DNA of 18,860 nucleotides from a virus: UHGV virus genome UHGV-0099331; one strand, 5' to 3'. Shown piece by piece: positions 16,627 to 18,860 of this stretch (position 1 is its first letter; each line of letters starts with the position of its first letter). The notes under the pieces were generated by a model. It saw only the letters and a program-made list of their open reading frames with translations, ran no database searches and was not told where the DNA came from. The position numbers and the translations under genes were made by a program.

Positions 16627-16653
16627 AAATTGGCCTCAAATGAGGCCAATTTT
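16626..16653. terminator. Bidirectional Rho-independent terminator
   Basis: 10 bp stem ATTGGCCTCA / TGAGGCCAAT with A-run and T-run on either side; lies between the int remnant and the stop of the minus-strand operon. Confidence 0.6.
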
Positions 16654-16658
16654 GGGGA

Positions 16659-17042
16659 TTAGGACGCTTTAGACTTGGTCATATTAGCGCAACGCTGGAT
16701 TAATTTCTCTGCAGTCTTAATCGCGGTGCTTGATTGGGTTGGCGTAATAGTGTCGTTAAGTCTGTAATCACAAACTATTCTCTGATCCTTAAGCGATTGA
16801 AGAGCATACCCCAAACCAATTAAGTCTCTTTTTTCAAAAGGTTCGTTACCCTTCCAAGCATCGTTAACAAGATAGTCAATGAGGCCTTGGTGACTTTCTT
16901 TCGGCCCCATGGTCAAACACGGAAGTACGTGGTGATAAGCACCATAATACGCACGTGCGACAGCGTTTCTGTAACCAATTTCGTCGTTACGCTTTTCACA
17001 ATCTTTTGCGAAAGCGATAAAATCGGAACTATTAACTGGCAC
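16659..17042 (-). CDS. Hypothetical protein (about 127 aa) with HEPN-like R-x6-H motif; second gene of a coupled pair
   Basis: GTG at 17042 preceded by GGAGG at 9 nt and overlapping the upstream stop (GTGCCAGTTAA). Motif RAYYGAYHH fits the HEPN R-x(4-6)-H pattern. AT-rich. The track ORF extends to a TTG at 17093. Confidence 0.5.
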   Translation of the reverse strand: MPVNSSDFIAFAKDCEKRNDEIGYRNAVARAYYGAYHHVLPCLTMGPKESHQGLIDYLVNDAWKGNEPFEKRDLIGLGYALQSLKDQRIVCDYRLNDTITPTQSSTAIKTAEKLIQRCANMTKSKAS

Positions 17043-17799
17043 GCGCAGGTTCCTCCAAACGCCCTTCAAACCATACGCTGAAGGGTTTTCCAATCAAACT
17101 TTCATTTTCTGCAAGAGAAAATGCTATATCCAAGTTCATATCAGAGAGAACATCAGAATCTTCAGTATTAACTGCCATGACATATGATGACGTACGCTCT
17201 TCAGGGATAGAGCAGAAAGACATAGCAACAGGACTAACTTTATGGTCAGCCATGATATCCACTATGCGGTTTGCAATATCCTGTAGTTCTTCATCAGTAA
17301 TTCCAGTTGCACTTTTGAAGGTCGTGGATTGGGCCAGTGCTGTGGCTGCGAGGTGCTTAACCAATTCAGCCTCCTTTTCATCTACCATACTTATCAATCT
17401 CTCAGCATAGTAGAGCGCTTTGTCAATACGCCCCAAGAACAAGTTAGCTTCCCATGCATGGGACAGCATCGTAGGGGAGTTATAACGTTCAACTAATCGA
17501 TTTACCACTTGTTCAACTTCACGGAAGCTGCCGTAATCGTTGAGATAAACTACATAATTTTGAGCAATGATCAGGTTGTTATGCTTCAATGCTTCTTCAA
17601 AGAATGCAACTGCAGTATCTTTACGCCCAAAAGCACCATTAGCCAACGCTTTGAGATAGTCCTCAGATGCGCTGTCGCGCAACTTTTCTATATCTCTGAT
17701 ATAACGAAAATATTGCATTTCGGATATCGTATTCCGAGCCGCAAGAATATCGATTAATTCACTGCTGATTTCGTTCGCTTTTAGCGCCGGCTGTGGCAT
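17032..17799 (-). CDS. Hypothetical protein (255 aa), helical/TPR-like N-terminal region; first gene of a coupled pair
   Basis: ATG at 17799 with AAGGTGA Shine-Dalgarno. AT-rich. No recognisable catalytic motif. Confidence 0.6.
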   Translation of the reverse strand: MPQPALKANEISSELIDILAARNTISEMQYFRYIRDIEKLRDSASEDYLKALANGAFGRKDTAVAFFEEALKHNNLIIAQNYVVYLNDYGSFREVEQVVNRLVERYNSPTMLSHAWEANLFLGRIDKALYYAERLISMVDEKEAELVKHLAATALAQSTTFKSATGITDEELQDIANRIVDIMADHKVSPVAMSFCSIPEERTSSYVMAVNTEDSDVLSDMNLDIAFSLAENESLIGKPFSVWFEGRLEEPARAS

Positions 17800-17994
17800 T
17801 AAATCACCTTTAAGAAACTACGAGCTATGTTGCTTTAACTTCTGCAATCTTAGTAAGTTTTAGAAGGTTACATGAAGATGATCGTAATTTCCAATGGGCT
17901 AAAATGGTCAAAAAGCGAAGTAATTGTTGACTTTACGCCAAACATAAAACAATCAACAAAAAACATGTAGCCGCTCGGAAACTTAGGAGATAAG

Positions 17995-18023
17995 TCTGTG
18001 GATAACTAAATCTTATCCACAGA
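17995..18023. promoter_or_regulatory. Perfect palindrome containing two inverted consensus DnaA boxes
   Basis: TCTGTGGATAA-ctaaatc-TTATCCACAGA; TTATCCACA is the high-affinity DnaA box consensus. Confidence 0.4.
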
Positions 18024-18163
18024 AAAGCATATTAGAAGCAAATCAAAAAGTGCTATAGACGGAACCTATTAATATAGTAATGCTCCAAAAACTGACCATT
18101 TAGGAGTGGGGAAAAATCTCTCTTAACTCATTGATGTATATAGCGTGAATTTTGCGAATTATG

Positions 18164-18183
18164 CACTGTTTGCGCACACAGTG
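18164..18183. promoter_or_regulatory. LexA-box-like palindrome (CTGT-N8-ACAG)
   Basis: CACTGT-ttgcgcac-ACAGTG; correct CTGT/ACAG spacing, but the spacer is GC-rich rather than the usual AT-rich. Confidence 0.3.
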
Positions 18184-18235
18184 AAACACCCTGCCAGCCC
18201 AGCAATGGCGCGGTCTCCAGCGTTTCAGGCGCGGT

Positions 18236-18283
18236 GACATGGGGTGTCGGGGGTCGGAGGTTCAAATCCTCTCGTGCCGACCA
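18236..18283 (+). other. Prophage attachment-site core: 3' portion of a tRNA-Pro(GGG)-like gene (anticodon loop to CCA), not a complete tRNA
   Basis: Anticodon loop ATGGGGT, stem GTCGG, variable GGGTC, T-arm GGAGG-TTCAAAT-CCTCT, acceptor CGTGCCG-A-CCA. No complementary CGGCACG acceptor strand or D-arm lies upstream. Confidence 0.65.
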
Positions 18284-18296
18284 AAAATCCCAAGAA

Positions 18297-18324
18297 AACC
18301 AACCTATTGCGGTTGGTTTTTTTA
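18297..18324. terminator. Rho-independent terminator downstream of the tRNA fragment (host side)
   Basis: AACCAACC-tattgc-GGTTGGTT followed by TTTTTTT; can act on both strands. Confidence 0.65.
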
Positions 18325-18384
18325 TATCTGCATTTAATTCGATAAACAGACCGCGACACATCACGGCCTGTTTATTTTCTGTTA

Positions 18385-18762
18385 TCAGAACGTCCAGACC
18401 ACACCCGCCTGAGTTGTGCTGCTTTCTTCACGGGAGAAACGGCTGTCGATACCAAGCGTTAGCCCCGTCAATGTTTGCTCAAAGCCAGCGCCTGCATCAG
18501 TGGTCACGTTGTTGCGGCTGTTAATTGCCGAACTCCACATCGCCGTATCGTAATTAACGCCTTTTACGCTACCAAGACGCCCACGCACGGTGTCCAGTTC
18601 TGCATCAAATACCAGCGGTTGTGCTGCCGCCATATTCAGCACATCCGTGGTTGAAGGGGGCATTTGTGCGCGATTCTCTGCGAGACTCCAGCTATGGTTG
18701 CCATTATCCAGCAAGGTATATTCATACGTACTGATATCAACAACGCCTCCGGCATTGCCCAA
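18385..18762 (-). CDS. Host-side ORF fragment with outer-membrane beta-barrel-like C-terminus (possibly autotransporter-type); frame appears disrupted upstream
   Basis: C-terminal ...TTQAGVVWTF ends in an aromatic residue, as OMP barrels do. A second minus-strand ORF in another frame (18636..18842) suggests a frameshift or pseudogene. Identity not established. Confidence 0.3.
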   Translation of the reverse strand: MGNAGGVVDISTYEYTLLDNGNHSWSLAENRAQMPPSTTDVLNMAAAQPLVFDAELDTVRGRLGSVKGVNYDTAMWSSAINSRNNVTTDAGAGFEQTLTGLTLGIDSRFSREESSTTQAGVVWTF

Positions 18763-18860
18763 CGTAAATGCCGCATCACCGCGCCCGTTGTTACCAGTGT
18801 AAGGTTATCTCCTGCTGCCGGGCTGGCACCGGTGTCCGTCACGAATATTTTGAAATCACC

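Noticed and set aside
17868-17966. 32 aa hydrophobic minus-strand ORF (MFFVDCFMFGVKSTITSLFDHFSPLEITIIFM) in the cargo-operon upstream region, considered as a type I toxin-like peptide
   Set aside because: No convincing Shine-Dalgarno and no supporting antisense RNA feature; AT-rich intergenic DNA commonly yields such ORFs by chance.
18204-18283. Possible complete tRNA-Pro gene
   Set aside because: The 3' acceptor strand CGTGCCG has no complementary CGGCACG upstream, and no D-arm with the conserved GG loop is present. Only the anticodon-loop-to-CCA portion matches, so this is an att core fragment.
1-18860. CRISPR arrays, insertion sequences or transposase genes
   Set aside because: No regularly spaced direct repeats with unique spacers, no terminal inverted repeats flanking a transposase-like ORF, and no DDE or HUH transposase motifs were seen.

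Overview
This window is most of the early/regulatory half of an SOS-inducible lambdoid prophage, ending at its attachment site in a tRNA-Pro(GGG)-like gene. All calls rest on translating and reading the sequence by eye; no database search or folding was run, and family names are from memory of conserved motifs. On the minus strand, running from high to low coordinates, the early-right operon reads: cro-like (YdaS type), cII/YdaT-like, replication initiator with internal iterons, PerC-like, phage Dam methylase, LexA-DNA-binding-domain-only protein, RusA, KilA-N protein, DUF968 protein and Q antiterminator. Beyond Q lie a terminator-flanked lipoprotein moron, a small ORF, a second DNA methyltransferase and the start of a dual-start S21-like holin at the window edge. 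On the plus strand a CI repressor (LexA-like S24 peptidase with a conserved VQAGQF cleavage motif) is followed by a PL-like promoter, a boxA/nut-like leader, a low-GC convergent gene pair, two strong GC-rich hairpins, a yfdP/Q/R/S-like module, excisionase and tyrosine integrase. The stretch most worth follow-up is the roughly 3.1 kb of AT-rich cargo between the integrase and the att core: a DUF2971-like zinc-ribbon protein, a degraded duplicate of the integrase 3' end, and an uncharacterised two-gene, translationally coupled operon whose second protein carries an HEPN-like R-x6-H motif. I consider that operon, the DUF2971-like gene and the gene pair beside cI the best candidates for undescribed phage-defence or toxin-antitoxin functions. 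Host DNA begins after the partial tRNA, with a terminator and the 3' end of an outer-membrane-protein-like gene.
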